Below, piece by piece: positions 45,829 to 54,539 of a stretch of DNA of 64,000 nucleotides; position 1 is the first letter of the stretch; every line of letters begins with the position of its first letter. Made by a program: the position numbers and the translations under genes. Under the pieces are notes generated by a model that was not told where the DNA came from, made no database searches, and saw nothing but the letters and a program-made list of their open reading frames with translations. The DNA comes from a virus: the IMG/VR virus record IMGVR_UViG_3300032883_000034; one strand, written 5' to 3'.

Positions 45829-47337
45829 CTATTCTGCCATATCGCTACTATAGTCAGGAACATAGGTTCTGGTGTTCAGGTCATAGTCGATATTGACACT
45901 CAGGGGATATCCAAGTTCCTCGAAACGGGACTTCCTGACAAAAAATTTTGCCTTGGTAAGCCGATTGCCAGCATCATCGAATAACTTGGGCCTGTGGATA
46001 ACAAAACCTTGATCCACCATCGCATCCCACGCCTTGGACCCGGAAATATCTTCCAGTTCGGGTGCGCGACCCTTGCGCTGACTATCCATCTTGGCCGGAT
46101 GGGCGATGATCTGGACATGGCAATTCATGTCCTGTGCAAAAACATAGAGCGAACGTAAACAACGGGCTATGTACTCGGTTTCGCTCTCCGACTTGCTGCG
46201 TGAGGCTTCTAGCCGGTTCCACGGATCAAGCTGAATGATCTTGGCCCCATCTCTAGCGACGGCCATTTCAGCCTGATCCAGAAACCAGTTGAGAGAGGGC
46301 CGTTGCTCGGGATGAACCATGAACAGGTAATGCCGTTCCGCCCAGCTATCTGCTGCCCTAAGCTCTTCCTGTGTCTGCTGATATTCAGGCATCTTGTTGA
46401 ATAGCGTCCTGATCTGCCTTCGCATATGCGGCTTGGGGCGCGTTTCGAACGAGGCAAAGCATCCCTTGAGATCGTACTTGTAAAGTATCTCAAACCATAG
46501 CTGTCCGAAGAAATTGGTTTTGCCCGCTCCGGGCTGTCCGGTGACAACAGTCAGGGTTCCCGGTGCCAGCCACATCTTGCCTTTTAGGCAGTCAATCTCC
46601 GGTTCCCAAAGCGTGAATAGAGGAGGCTCCGGGATTTCCGACATCCGGTACATGCCCTCGACGGGGCTGGCATAGGCATTCTCCAAAACGTAGTTTCTCA
46701 GATAATCCGGGCCTAATTTAATTAAAACATCATTGGCATCCTTGCAGCCTTCCGGCCATTCCACATACCAAAGCTTGGCCAAGCCAGTCTGCTTGGCGAC
46801 CAGTGCCCGCATGGCAATGCCGGTTTCATCGCAGTCTCCCGCCCATATGATCTTCTTGGCCCTGTTGAGGCCAGCTTTCAGGGCGTCGGCCAGATAAACC
46901 AGTTCCGAGCCACCCGAAGCCCCTGACGGCACCGAAAGCACCTGACCGGGAGGTATGCCAGCTTCCACCAATGAAAGAGCATCCAGTTCCCCTTCCGTGA
47001 TATAAATATCACAACCGGCTTCTCCGGTATGAAGCGTTTCAAGCACCTTCTCAAGGTTCCAGAGGCTTGGCTTCCAGCCCTTGGATGACACAAAGCCCTT
47101 TTCGGGAAAGCTTCGCGCCTTCCAGCCAACATCGTATTTGAAAAAAATGGCTGGAGATTTCTCTCCCAAGTCAGCGAAAAATGTGATTCCGGATGCGGCG
47201 GGCAGAAGTTCCAAAGTCTCCCGGCTGATCCCTCTGGTTTCTTTCAGCCAGCCAGCGGCGGCGTCCGATAGGGTCATCCGAGAAGACTGCTCCTTTAAAT
47301 CCACATCCATGCCAGCAGTGATATAAAATTCTGTCAT
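45829..47337 (-). CDS. Bifunctional TOPRIM primase / DnaB-type helicase (T7 gp4 / Twinkle class), lacking its zinc finger
   Basis: ITEGELDALSL, DCDETG and KDANDVL (TOPRIM). VVTGQPGAGKTNF (Walker A). IIQLDPWNRLE (Walker B). Confidence 0.85.
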   Translation of the reverse strand: MTEFYITAGMDVDLKEQSSRMTLSDAAAGWLKETRGISRETLELLPAASGITFFADLGEKSPAIFFKYDVGWKARSFPEKGFVSSKGWKPSLWNLEKVLETLHTGEAGCDIYITEGELDALSLVEAGIPPGQVLSVPSGASGGSELVYLADALKAGLNRAKKIIWAGDCDETGIAMRALVAKQTGLAKLWYVEWPEGCKDANDVLIKLGPDYLRNYVLENAYASPVEGMYRMSEIPEPPLFTLWEPEIDCLKGKMWLAPGTLTVVTGQPGAGKTNFFGQLWFEILYKYDLKGCFASFETRPKPHMRRQIRTLFNKMPEYQQTQEELRAADSWAERHYLFMVHPEQRPSLNWFLDQAEMAVARDGAKIIQLDPWNRLEASRSKSESETEYIARCLRSLYVFAQDMNCHVQIIAHPAKMDSQRKGRAPELEDISGSKAWDAMVDQGFVIHRPKLFDDAGNRLTKAKFFVRKSRFEELGYPLSVNIDYDLNTRTYVPDYSSDMAE

Positions 47338-47488
47338 CTTCGATCCTGACGCTTAGGCACCGCATGTTCTTCTTGCGCCTTGTGGGCGAACATTGCGGGC
47401 AGGTTGTCTTGTAGTTGTTGGCTGGAATGCGACCCCCCACCGGGGGTCTTATTCCCAACTTCTCAAGTTTCTGGATAAGGCTGGTCAT
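47171..47488 (-). CDS. Primase-type zinc-ribbon ORF, overlapping the primase-helicase gene by 167 nt in another frame
   Basis: CPQCSPTRRKKNMRCLSV...YHCWHGCGFKG. The tail after the finger is Arg-rich and looks out of frame. Confidence 0.55.
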   Translation of the reverse strand: MTSLIQKLEKLGIRPPVGGRIPANNYKTTCPQCSPTRRKKNMRCLSVRIEDDRILYHCWHGCGFKGAVFSDDPIGRRRWLAERNQRDQPGDFGTSARRIRNHIFR

Positions 47489-47594
47489 GGTCCGCTCCAG
47501 ATGGCCCAGATGGCAGCTTCGGTCATTTTTTCCATTTTTATGGTTCCTTGGCTATCTAACCCCACCCAACCATTTTTAACGAATGAAACCGCCT

Positions 47595-47972
47595 CTAAAG
47601 GTCGATCTGGCCGTTCTTAAAAGCATTCGGCGGGGCACCCTTGGTCTGTCGGATACCAAAATAATGACGAAACGCCTCAGATTGCGCTGGCGCGAGGTCT
47701 TGAAACCGGAAAATCCCCTCGTCATCGCCATCCTGCGAAATCGGCAATCCAAGCTGCTTCTTCGCGTGGGTCCATGCGAGGGCGCTCCGACATGGGAGGT
47801 AAGCATAGAAAATCCCATTGGCCGATTGAACGGTTCCTCTAGAGCCGCGAATAGTCCAGTCGCCGCATTCGTCGCGGCGCAACGAGTTTTTAGCGCCGTT
47901 AAGCACGGCCAGAAGGCCCTTTAGAGCGATACGATCCTGTTTTTTCGATGTATTCAGTTTGCTGCGCTTCAT
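47595..47972 (-). CDS. Hypothetical protein (125 aa)
   Basis: GGAGG 7 nt upstream of the ATG. Same orientation as the replication block. Confidence 0.5.
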   Translation of the reverse strand: MKRSKLNTSKKQDRIALKGLLAVLNGAKNSLRRDECGDWTIRGSRGTVQSANGIFYAYLPCRSALAWTHAKKQLGLPISQDGDDEGIFRFQDLAPAQSEAFRHYFGIRQTKGAPPNAFKNGQIDL

Positions 47973-47990
47973 CGCATAACCTCCATTTTT

Positions 47991-48938
47991 CTAGCCCAAT
48001 CCCAGCCTGTCTCGTTCCGCATTGACCATCCGCTCGACCATGGCCCAATCCAGATAGAGCCGCTTCCCGTCCAGTTTGGACTTGATGTAGTAGGATTGCT
48101 GGGGATGGCTGTAGTCTATTTCCGGGTATTGGCCCTTGGTTGGCCTCCACTGGTCGATTTCCTTTTGATGTTCCACCTCAGGGGCAAGCTGCTTTTCCCA
48201 ATTGCCCTTGACCTTGTAGGCCCATGCTTTCGGGTCCACCGCTTTCTGAGCATCCACCAACACCTTCCGCACTCGCGGAATATCATCCCGGCTCAATTCA
48301 AGCATTCGCTTCACAAGCGCCCCGCTTCCCTTCTTCCCCAAAACTTGCGCCGCAAATGCGAATAACTCCGATCTAGGAGATTGCGCCGGAAGTAAATTTT
48401 CTTCAGGCGCTGTTTTAAGGTTTGGAACTGGATGCAAGGCAACAACCGTAGCCGAAGGCGGAGGCTTGTTGTTCTCCGAAGGAGAACCTCTTTCTTCCTT
48501 ACTTTCTTCCTTACTTTCTTCTCTATCTCTATCTCTGTTCTCTGGGGCCGTTACAGGAACGTTTCCTGACCCGTTACTGGAACGTTTCCTATGGTCCCTA
48601 ACCCTTTGAGTTGATTGATCACTCTTGTATTGTCGTGTCTCCCAATCTGACGGTTTGGTGGCACCAGAAGTCAGACATATTAGACCAACTACTGTCAATT
48701 TACTGACGGCGGACTGACAACGATCTGGCCTTAATCTAAGAAGAATTGAGAGTTCTTTTATGGGCGGAATGATCCCATCATTCTTTCTGGCAACGCAAAG
48801 AATATTGACCCAAGTTTTGAAAAGGGTTGGGGGCAATCGTTGAATAATTGGATTGTTAAGATCGTCGCTATAATAGCGGAACCATCGCGTCGGGGATTGC
48901 TCTGACGGATTTGTAGTGCTAGATATGGATGTGGTCAT
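47991..48938 (-). CDS. Replisome-organiser / replication-initiator-like protein (315 aa)
   Basis: N-terminal winged-helix-like WFRYYSDDLNNPIIQRLPPTLFKTWVNILCVARKNDG...LTVVGLI, then a charged linker. Confidence 0.45.
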   Translation of the reverse strand: MTTSISSTTNPSEQSPTRWFRYYSDDLNNPIIQRLPPTLFKTWVNILCVARKNDGIIPPIKELSILLRLRPDRCQSAVSKLTVVGLICLTSGATKPSDWETRQYKSDQSTQRVRDHRKRSSNGSGNVPVTAPENRDRDREESKEESKEERGSPSENNKPPPSATVVALHPVPNLKTAPEENLLPAQSPRSELFAFAAQVLGKKGSGALVKRMLELSRDDIPRVRKVLVDAQKAVDPKAWAYKVKGNWEKQLAPEVEHQKEIDQWRPTKGQYPEIDYSHPQQSYYIKSKLDGKRLYLDWAMVERMVNAERDRLGLG

Positions 48939-49058
48939 AGCTTACCTCTATGGCTGTAGTCATAACTAGCTCCATTAGTTGTGCCGTTGCCGCCAGCTCT
49001 AACTGGCAGGTTTTAAGAGGTCGCAGCATGCCCTGTCTGCGGCCTCTTTTCTATTCTG

Positions 49059-49295
49059 CTACTGATTTTTGCCGTTTGCAAGCACTCCATCACGGCGCAA
49101 TATCCTTCGGATATCGGCCCTTGCATTGACAATGGCGCGGTGATCCGAGGCGCTGATGTCACAGGTAAAGCGCCGTGATTCCGTATTATGGTACCAAGAT
49201 ACGGCTATATGCTTGCCGCCACTGTTTACGGCAGGTTTTATATTGTTCTCTCGAAGTTCTCGGAGAACAACGTCTAAACATTCACTCTTTGGCAT
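49059..49295 (-). CDS. Hypothetical protein (78 aa)
   Basis: ORF track. Confidence 0.4.
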   Translation of the reverse strand: MPKSECLDVVLRELRENNIKPAVNSGGKHIAVSWYHNTESRRFTCDISASDHRAIVNARADIRRILRRDGVLANGKNQ

Positions 49296-49644
49296 CCTCT
49301 TCCTCCTTCTCTATGATGACCTTGCATCCGGTGATTCCATCTGCCCATTCTACCGATACGCCCTTGAGATACTTCTTGCGGTCGCTCTTGATGATTCCGT
49401 GGGATACCAGAAGGTCTAGAACCGGCTTGATACGGTTGTCGCAGTCGCCTTGGCGCTTGTCGCTAAGCTGAATGGCTACGATAACTCTGGTATCGAAAAT
49501 CTCAATATCCTGTCTATTCAGGATATACCCGGCTTCCAGCTTCCAAGCCCGGTATTCAGGAGAGATTATCCGTCCCTTGCCTCGTCCCTTGTTGTTCAGG
49601 AACATGGAATTTGAAGAGGGCGGAAAGGGCAATGTGAGCATCAT
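49282..49644 (-). CDS. rusA: RusA-family Holliday junction resolvase
   Basis: LPFPPSSNSMF...SPEYRAWK...GDCDNRIKPVLDLLVSHGIIKSD. Confidence 0.8.
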   Translation of the reverse strand: MMLTLPFPPSSNSMFLNNKGRGKGRIISPEYRAWKLEAGYILNRQDIEIFDTRVIVAIQLSDKRQGDCDNRIKPVLDLLVSHGIIKSDRKKYLKGVSVEWADGITGCKVIIEKEEEDAKE

Positions 49645-50168
49645 GCCTTAATTTCTTCCTCTATTTTTTGGATAACGACGCACAATTCCTGATCTGTTTC
49701 CATTAATTTAACGATCTTTCTAACGCCATAATGAAGTGTGGAATGATCTCTGCCGCCTAGTCGCCTGCCAATTTTCGGGAAACTGGCCTTGGTATGCTTG
49801 CGAGCAAGATACATAGTAATATGACGAGCCTTAACGATATGAGAAGTTCGGTTAGTGCTTAACAACAGTTCTGCGGTCATATGATGGAACCGCGCCACTA
49901 TTTGTATGATGTCGGATACCGTTGGAGGCGAGGAAAGCACCAGCGGTTTTAATGAAGCCGGGATCGGCGGAGATTTAGGCGCTGGCGTAGGTTTTTTTGG
50001 TTCTGGGGGAATGTAGACAATCCCCAATTGCCTGCACAGGATGTCCGGTCTGGTCTGTTTCAGGTTGATCCCGGTATCCGGGACCGCGTTGGGAGGGTTC
50101 ATCAGTCTTTTTCTTACGACGCGGGCGCGAGAGATAGCTTCTGTCTCAAAGGTCATTTGCGACTCCAT
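49641..50168 (-). CDS. DnaA domain IV (DNA-binding C-terminal domain) protein
   Basis: STNRTSHIVKARHITMYLARKHTKASFPKIGRRLGGRDHSTLHYGVRKI matches the DnaA C-terminal HTH pattern. No AAA+ domain. Confidence 0.75.
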   Translation of the reverse strand: MESQMTFETEAISRARVVRKRLMNPPNAVPDTGINLKQTRPDILCRQLGIVYIPPEPKKPTPAPKSPPIPASLKPLVLSSPPTVSDIIQIVARFHHMTAELLLSTNRTSHIVKARHITMYLARKHTKASFPKIGRRLGGRDHSTLHYGVRKIVKLMETDQELCVVIQKIEEEIKA

Positions 50169-50626
50169 CCGGTTCCAAACGTGTAATTCTTGGCGTGATG
50201 CGTCGGACAGAACGAGCTATTCTCGCACTGTGTTGCACCGCAAAAGACAGCTAGCCCGTTATGGCCGATGATTTCCCGGCAATGCCAGTTTTCGAGTTCC
50301 AAGAGGGGGACGCCGCCAACCGGTGGCCCCTCCATCTTCTTTTCTTCTGGAGGAGAGAGAGTAGAGACAAGAGTAGAGACAGGGGGCCGGAACGGAGTGC
50401 TGCGAATAGGCCTGATCTTTCGCGGCCCCTTGGGAGCGCCGCCGCCGTTCGTAGCGTGACCTTCGCTGGAAAGCTTCAAGCGGAAAACCTTTCCGACAAT
50501 CGCATTGCGGGTCATGCCGAGGCGCTCCGCAATAACCGAGGCAGGCAGTTTCTCAACTACCCACATTCTTGTCAAATCGGCTATCTTTTCCGGGGTCCAC
50601 GGTATCCACGGTACATATCCGGTCAT
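50153..50626 (-). CDS. gcrA: GcrA-like cell-cycle regulator homologue
   Basis: WTPEKIADLTRMWVVEKLPASVIAERLGMTRNAIVGKVFRLKL and C-terminal W.C...FCG...FCPTHHAKNY. Confidence 0.8.
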   Translation of the reverse strand: MTGYVPWIPWTPEKIADLTRMWVVEKLPASVIAERLGMTRNAIVGKVFRLKLSSEGHATNGGGAPKGPRKIRPIRSTPFRPPVSTLVSTLSPPEEKKMEGPPVGGVPLLELENWHCREIIGHNGLAVFCGATQCENSSFCPTHHAKNYTFGTGWSRK

Positions 50627-50627
50627 G

Positions 50628-50837
50628 TTACTTGGCCCTGTAGGCGTTCTTGACGATGGGATGCCGGTCGATATAGCCCAGCACCTTGCGAAGGCTGTAC
50701 AACGTCACCTTTCCCTTGCGTATCCGCTGGATCACCGTGGAACGCTTGACCGCAGCCGTGCCGAGGGCGGTAGGCGCGACCTTGTTCTTGGCGAGCCAGC
50801 GTTCAATCCGCCTGATATCCTTCTCATATCCATACAT
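50628..50837 (-). CDS. Small putative DNA-binding protein (69 aa)
   Basis: First gene of the minus-strand early block, facing a divergent promoter region. HTH assignment is weak. Confidence 0.4.
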   Translation of the reverse strand: MYGYEKDIRRIERWLAKNKVAPTALGTAAVKRSTVIQRIRKGKVTLYSLRKVLGYIDRHPIVKNAYRAK

Positions 50838-50908
50838 TTTTGGGTATCCTCCGTTGGTTGGAAGATATCCCTAACAAATCATTTTTGGACTGTCAACCAA
50901 AATAGTTC

Positions 50909-50937
50909 TTGCAATCCTGCTTTGGTTGTTCTAGATA
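50909..50937 (+). promoter_or_regulatory. Sigma-70-like promoter candidate for the + early block
   Basis: TTGCAA (50909-14), 17-nt spacer, TAGATA (50932-37). GGAGGA RBS and ATG at 50969 lie downstream. Confidence 0.3.
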
Positions 50938-50968
50938 TGTTGCAGCAGACGAACGGAGGATGAAAATT

Positions 50969-51550
50969 ATGACAATCGAAATCAAACACCGCTACACTGA
51001 TGCGGTTCTTTTCGCGAGCCAAGCGGCTACCATGAAAGAGGCCGTGCGCGAAGCGTACTTTTCGAGAGCGAACCTTTCGGGAGCGAACCTTTCGGGAGCG
51101 AACCTTTCGAGAGCGGACCTTTCGGGAGCGAACCTTTCGGGAGCGAACCTTTCGAGAGCGAACCTTTTGGGAGCGGACCTTTCGAGAGCGAACCTTTCGA
51201 GAGCGAACCTTTTGGGAGCGGACCTTTTGGGAGCGGACCTTTCGGGAGCGAACCTTTTGGGAGCGAACCTTTTGGGAGCGAACCTTTCGAGAGCGAACCT
51301 TTTGGGAGCGGACCTCGGCACCCAATGGATCATTCAAGGTGCCACGCGCTCGGACGGCTGGCCCTTCTTCCTGCAAAAACTGACCAACGACAAAGAGCCG
51401 ATGGTGAAAGCCGGTTGTCGATATCTAACACTTGCACGAGCCGAAGCGCATTGGACGAAAATCCGCGCCGGTACGCCACTACTTGCGGAAACAGAATCCA
51501 TCGTCCGCAACATGGTGGAACTGGCGCGGATTAGAAAGGTGATGAAATGA
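50969..51550 (+). CDS. Pentapeptide-repeat protein (194 aa)
   Basis: About 17 consecutive A(N/D)L(S/L)(G/R) pentapeptides. C-terminal ...SDGWPFF...[17 protein letters not shown] is typical of phage pentapeptide proteins. GGAGGA 8 nt upstream of the ATG at 50969. Confidence 0.9.
   Translation: MTIEIKHRYTDAVLFASQAATMKEAVREAYFSRANLSGANLSGANLSRADLSGANLSGANLSRANLLGADLSRANLSRANLLGADLLGADLSGANLLGANLLGANLSRANLLGADLGTQWIIQGATRSDGWPFFLQKLTNDKEPMVKAGCRYLTLARAEAHWTKIRAGTPLLAETESIVRNMVELARIRKVMK
51065..51316 (+). repeat. Near-perfect 15-bp tandem repeat array (about 17 units) inside the pentapeptide gene
   Basis: Units AGAGCGAACCTTTCG / GGAGCGAACCTTTCG / GGAGCGGACCTTTTG read directly from the sequence. 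Confidence 0.9.
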
Positions 51551-51774
51551 GTATGTCATTGGAAGAATACGACCAGAAGATCGGAACGCATCTGGACTTT
51601 ATCTCTGCGGCTACGGAGGTAATTGAACGGCACATCAATATGATGGAGGGCCAGCCTGACTTCAATACAATCGCCAAGAGCGATCTGAACCAGATCGTCA
51701 ATACTCTATATCGTGTCTTTACCAAGCTGTCTGCCGCTCAAGCCAAGTTCGAAGAATTGCCGGTAGTCGAATGA
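51547..51774 (+). CDS. Hypothetical protein (75 aa)
   Basis: ATGA-coupled at both ends. Confidence 0.5.
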   Translation: MSMSLEEYDQKIGTHLDFISAATEVIERHINMMEGQPDFNTIAKSDLNQIVNTLYRVFTKLSAAQAKFEELPVVE

Positions 51775-52499
51775 ACATCTCAAACAATCCGCCCGACATG
51801 ACGATCATGGCACAGGATGTCATGAAAGACCTTAACGAGTGGCTGTCTGAAAACCCGGTTATCCAGACAGAAGAGAACGCGCGTGAGGCCAAGCTATTCC
51901 TCGACCGGGGAAAACTCGCAATCAAAGACTTGGAGGACGAACGTGAAGGAAAAGTCAGACCTCTTAATGAACAGGTTAAGGGAATTAATCAGTATTATAG
52001 AGGACCAAGAGAAACTCTCTCAAGGGTCATTGAAGAACTACAATCGCGCCTTGGTGCATTTATTAGGGCTGAAGAGGAGCGTCGAATTCATGCGGCTGAA
52101 GCTGCCCACCAACGTGCGGAAGAAGCTGAACGAGCTGCCCGCGATGCCGAACGTCTTGAGCAGGACGCAAAGGAAGAAGCCGCCGCTGGTGTGGTCGGTG
52201 TTAATGTGGGAGACAGCATCAAGGCGGCGGACGACGCCTTCAAGGAGTACGAAAGGCTCACCCGCGCGTCCGCGCTCGCGGAAAAAGAGAGTCATGTCAA
52301 AATAGGCGGGGGATTATCCCGCGCCATCGGACTGCGGAACAAGGAAATACTTGAGATTGTGGATATCATCGAAGCTCTGGATGATCTGGGCCTGACTTCC
52401 GATATACGGGAAGCCGTCCTTAAATCCGCCAGAGCCTACCGCAAGCTGCATGACAAGCTACCCAAGGGCATATCTGTATATGTCGAAACCAAGCTGTAA
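51771..52499 (+). CDS. Hypothetical coiled-coil protein (242 aa)
   Basis: ORF track. Charged ERRIHAAEAAHQRAEEAERAARDAERLEQDAKEE segment. Confidence 0.5.
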   Translation: MNISNNPPDMTIMAQDVMKDLNEWLSENPVIQTEENAREAKLFLDRGKLAIKDLEDEREGKVRPLNEQVKGINQYYRGPRETLSRVIEELQSRLGAFIRAEEERRIHAAEAAHQRAEEAERAARDAERLEQDAKEEAAAGVVGVNVGDSIKAADDAFKEYERLTRASALAEKESHVKIGGGLSRAIGLRNKEILEIVDIIEALDDLGLTSDIREAVLKSARAYRKLHDKLPKGISVYVETKL

Positions 52500-52510
52500 C
52501 GGAGAGAATT

Positions 52511-52999
52511 ATGGAACAGATCGTCACTATCGCAAGCATCAGCACTCCCCAACCCGGCAAGAAGCAGGGCGCTGTCTATGACACCGCTGGCAATCGCTGG
52601 GGTGTCTGGGCCGACAAGCTTCAGAACTACAATGTAGGGTCTACCTACAAACTCATGAAGATCACCGAGAACAACTTTCAGGGCAAGACCTACAAGACAG
52701 TGGGCGAATGTGAACTGGTAGGCGGAGCGGTTATGAAAACCAATGGCTCCGTGTCTACCGTGAAAGCGCCTCCCACAACGTCCGGAGACTTCGATGTGAT
52801 CCGTCGCCGCGATATCTGGATTTGCGGCTTGATGAATAACCTGTTTGGCAATACCGCCTATCTCTCCGAGGGCATCATCCCGAAAGAAGAGGACTTGATC
52901 AGGACCGTCAATTCCCTGAAGCGGGTCTGGGAAGCAACCTTGGGACCGAATGCGAGGAATGCGGATTTGAATGACGAGCTGCCGGATTTCGCAAAATGA
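52511..52999 (+). CDS. Hypothetical protein, possible non-canonical SSB (162 aa)
   Basis: Beta-rich N-terminal half and an acidic C-terminal tip DLNDELPDFAK reminiscent of the SSB DDDIPF tail. Weak. Confidence 0.3.
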   Translation: MEQIVTIASISTPQPGKKQGAVYDTAGNRWGVWADKLQNYNVGSTYKLMKITENNFQGKTYKTVGECELVGGAVMKTNGSVSTVKAPPTTSGDFDVIRRRDIWICGLMNNLFGNTAYLSEGIIPKEEDLIRTVNSLKRVWEATLGPNARNADLNDELPDFAK

Positions 53000-53316
53000 G
53001 CGATAACCACCCGATCTGGTCAGAAGAATATCGTCTGCAAGGGAGGGAGTGGGCGGAACTTGAAGCCGCCGCCTCCCTCTTGGAGGATTCCAAGAGCGCC
53101 GTAATGGCGCAGAAACAGACAGTGTACGGCGATATTCCTGTCAATCGTGCCGAGCAAATGGTGAAGGCATCCCCGGAATGGGCTTCCCATATCGAGAAAA
53201 TCATCTTGGCGCGTAAGGAAGCCAATATCGCCAAGATTGAATTAGAATATATCCGTATGAAAGCACATGAAGAACAAAGCATGGAAGCAAATAAAAGAGC
53301 GGAGATGCGGCTATGA
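52996..53316 (+). CDS. Hypothetical protein (106 aa)
   Basis: ATGA-coupled at both ends. Confidence 0.5.
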   Translation: MSDNHPIWSEEYRLQGREWAELEAAASLLEDSKSAVMAQKQTVYGDIPVNRAEQMVKASPEWASHIEKIILARKEANIAKIELEYIRMKAHEEQSMEANKRAEMRL

Positions 53317-53858
53317 AAGAAATTTGGAAGCCAATCGTTGGTTGGAATAAATATGAAATTTCTTCTTACGGGAGAATAAGAAGGGATAGCACTATAAGAA
53401 AACTAACTACAAATAATGGATATTTATATATCCATCTCTCTCAAGATGGGAAAAATAAAAATTTTAGAGTTCATCGTTTGGTGCTTCTCGCTCATATTGG
53501 AATACCAGATCAATCCCAAATTCATACTCGTCATATCGATGGCGATAAGTTGAATAACCATATTTCCAATCTAAGGTGGGGAACCGTACTTGAAAACATT
53601 GAAGATAAAAGACAGCATCACGGTTTTCTAACCGGTTTCAAGTTAGGAGAAAAGCATCATAATTCTAAGTTATTAGATCAATCGATACCTAAGATTTTTG
53701 CCATGCGAAAACTTGGATATCTTCAAAAGGAAATAGCCAAGAAGTTTGGTGTAACGCAAAGCAATATAAGTCGCATTCTTAATAAAGAAACTAGAACCCT
53801 TAAATATAAGGGAGCCACATCCAGAATTGAGGCAAGGATGCTTAGGGGAACGACATGA
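53313..53858 (+). CDS. HNH homing endonuclease (NUMOD4 + HNH_3 + C-terminal HTH)
   Basis: WKPIVGWNKYEISSYGRIRR; VHRLVLLAHIG...HIDGDKLNNHISNLRWGTVLENIED; GVTQSNISRILN. Strongly AT-rich. Confidence 0.8.
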   Translation: MKEIWKPIVGWNKYEISSYGRIRRDSTIRKLTTNNGYLYIHLSQDGKNKNFRVHRLVLLAHIGIPDQSQIHTRHIDGDKLNNHISNLRWGTVLENIEDKRQHHGFLTGFKLGEKHHNSKLLDQSIPKIFAMRKLGYLQKEIAKKFGVTQSNISRILNKETRTLKYKGATSRIEARMLRGTT

Positions 53859-53959
53859 TTATAATCAACCTGACATGGAAAAAAATAATCGTTTTAGCTA
53901 CGGTATGGGGCGCTACCGAAGGTTTGGTCGATGCAATCTTTCGCAAATTAGGATGGTAA
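53855..53959 (+). CDS. Tiny ORF (34 aa)
   Basis: Hand-found; ATGA-coupled to the HNH gene. Confidence 0.25.
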   Translation: MIIINLTWKKIIVLATVWGATEGLVDAIFRKLGW

Positions 53960-53960
53960 A

Positions 53961-54233
53961 ATGAAGTGTCCATACTGTAGTCATTCCATGAGGGACGAAC
54001 CGCTCAAGTTCGATCTCTCCCCGAAACGCAGGAAGCTGTTTGACCTGATTATCTCAAAGGGGCGAGAAGGCGTCCCCGCCGACACCCTGATTGACAGGTT
54101 TTTCGATGACGGCACGGAATTCCGGGTCGGGGGCTATACAACCCTCCGTACCACGGTCCATGCCATCAACGGGATTATCAAGCCTCTCCGTATTACCGCC
54201 GTTAACGGCAGTTACAGGCTGGAGCGGCGCTAA
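53961..54233 (+). CDS. Small winged-helix (OmpR/PhoB C-terminal-like) protein with N-terminal CxxC (90 aa)
   Basis: CPYCSH...LSPKRRKLFDLII...VPADTLIDRFF...TLRTTVHAINGIIKPLRI. Confidence 0.45.
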   Translation: MKCPYCSHSMRDEPLKFDLSPKRRKLFDLIISKGREGVPADTLIDRFFDDGTEFRVGGYTTLRTTVHAINGIIKPLRITAVNGSYRLERR

Positions 54234-54251
54234 TGACAGGTGGTATTCAAA

Positions 54252-54539
54252 ATGCTATGGTTTAGAAGCAGACACGACAGAAGCCTTGAATTAGTTTGGG
54301 AGCTTCTGGAAAGACATAAAAACGCACTGGAAATACATACACGCGCACTGGAGATACTAATGGCCGATCTTACCAACCTGACCGCCGAAGTCGCCGCCAA
54401 TACCCAAGCGGTGACAGACGTTTCCGCCGAAGTCGCCAAGCTCAAGGCGTCAGTGGGCACCGATCAGGCGGCAATCGACGCCCTGACCGCCCAGCTTGCG
54501 ACGAACAACGCCGGTCTTACGGCGCTGAAGTCTAGCTAA
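54252..54539 (+). CDS. Hypothetical coiled-coil protein (95 aa)
   Basis: First ATG is at 54252; the track start at 54240 is GTG. Confidence 0.45.
   Translation: MLWFRSRHDRSLELVWELLERHKNALEIHTRALEILMADLTNLTAEVAANTQAVTDVSAEVAKLKASVGTDQAAIDALTAQLATNNAGLTALKSS

Noticed and set aside
51065-51316. Possible CRISPR array
   Set aside because: The units are 15 bp, contiguous, without spacers, and in frame within a coding sequence. It is a coding tandem repeat, not CRISPR.
50879-51376. 165-aa minus-strand ORF made of [14 protein letters not shown] repeats (also 50992-51333)
   Set aside because: It is the antisense shadow of the 15-bp tandem array in the pentapeptide-repeat gene. It has no RBS context and overlaps a well-supported + strand gene.
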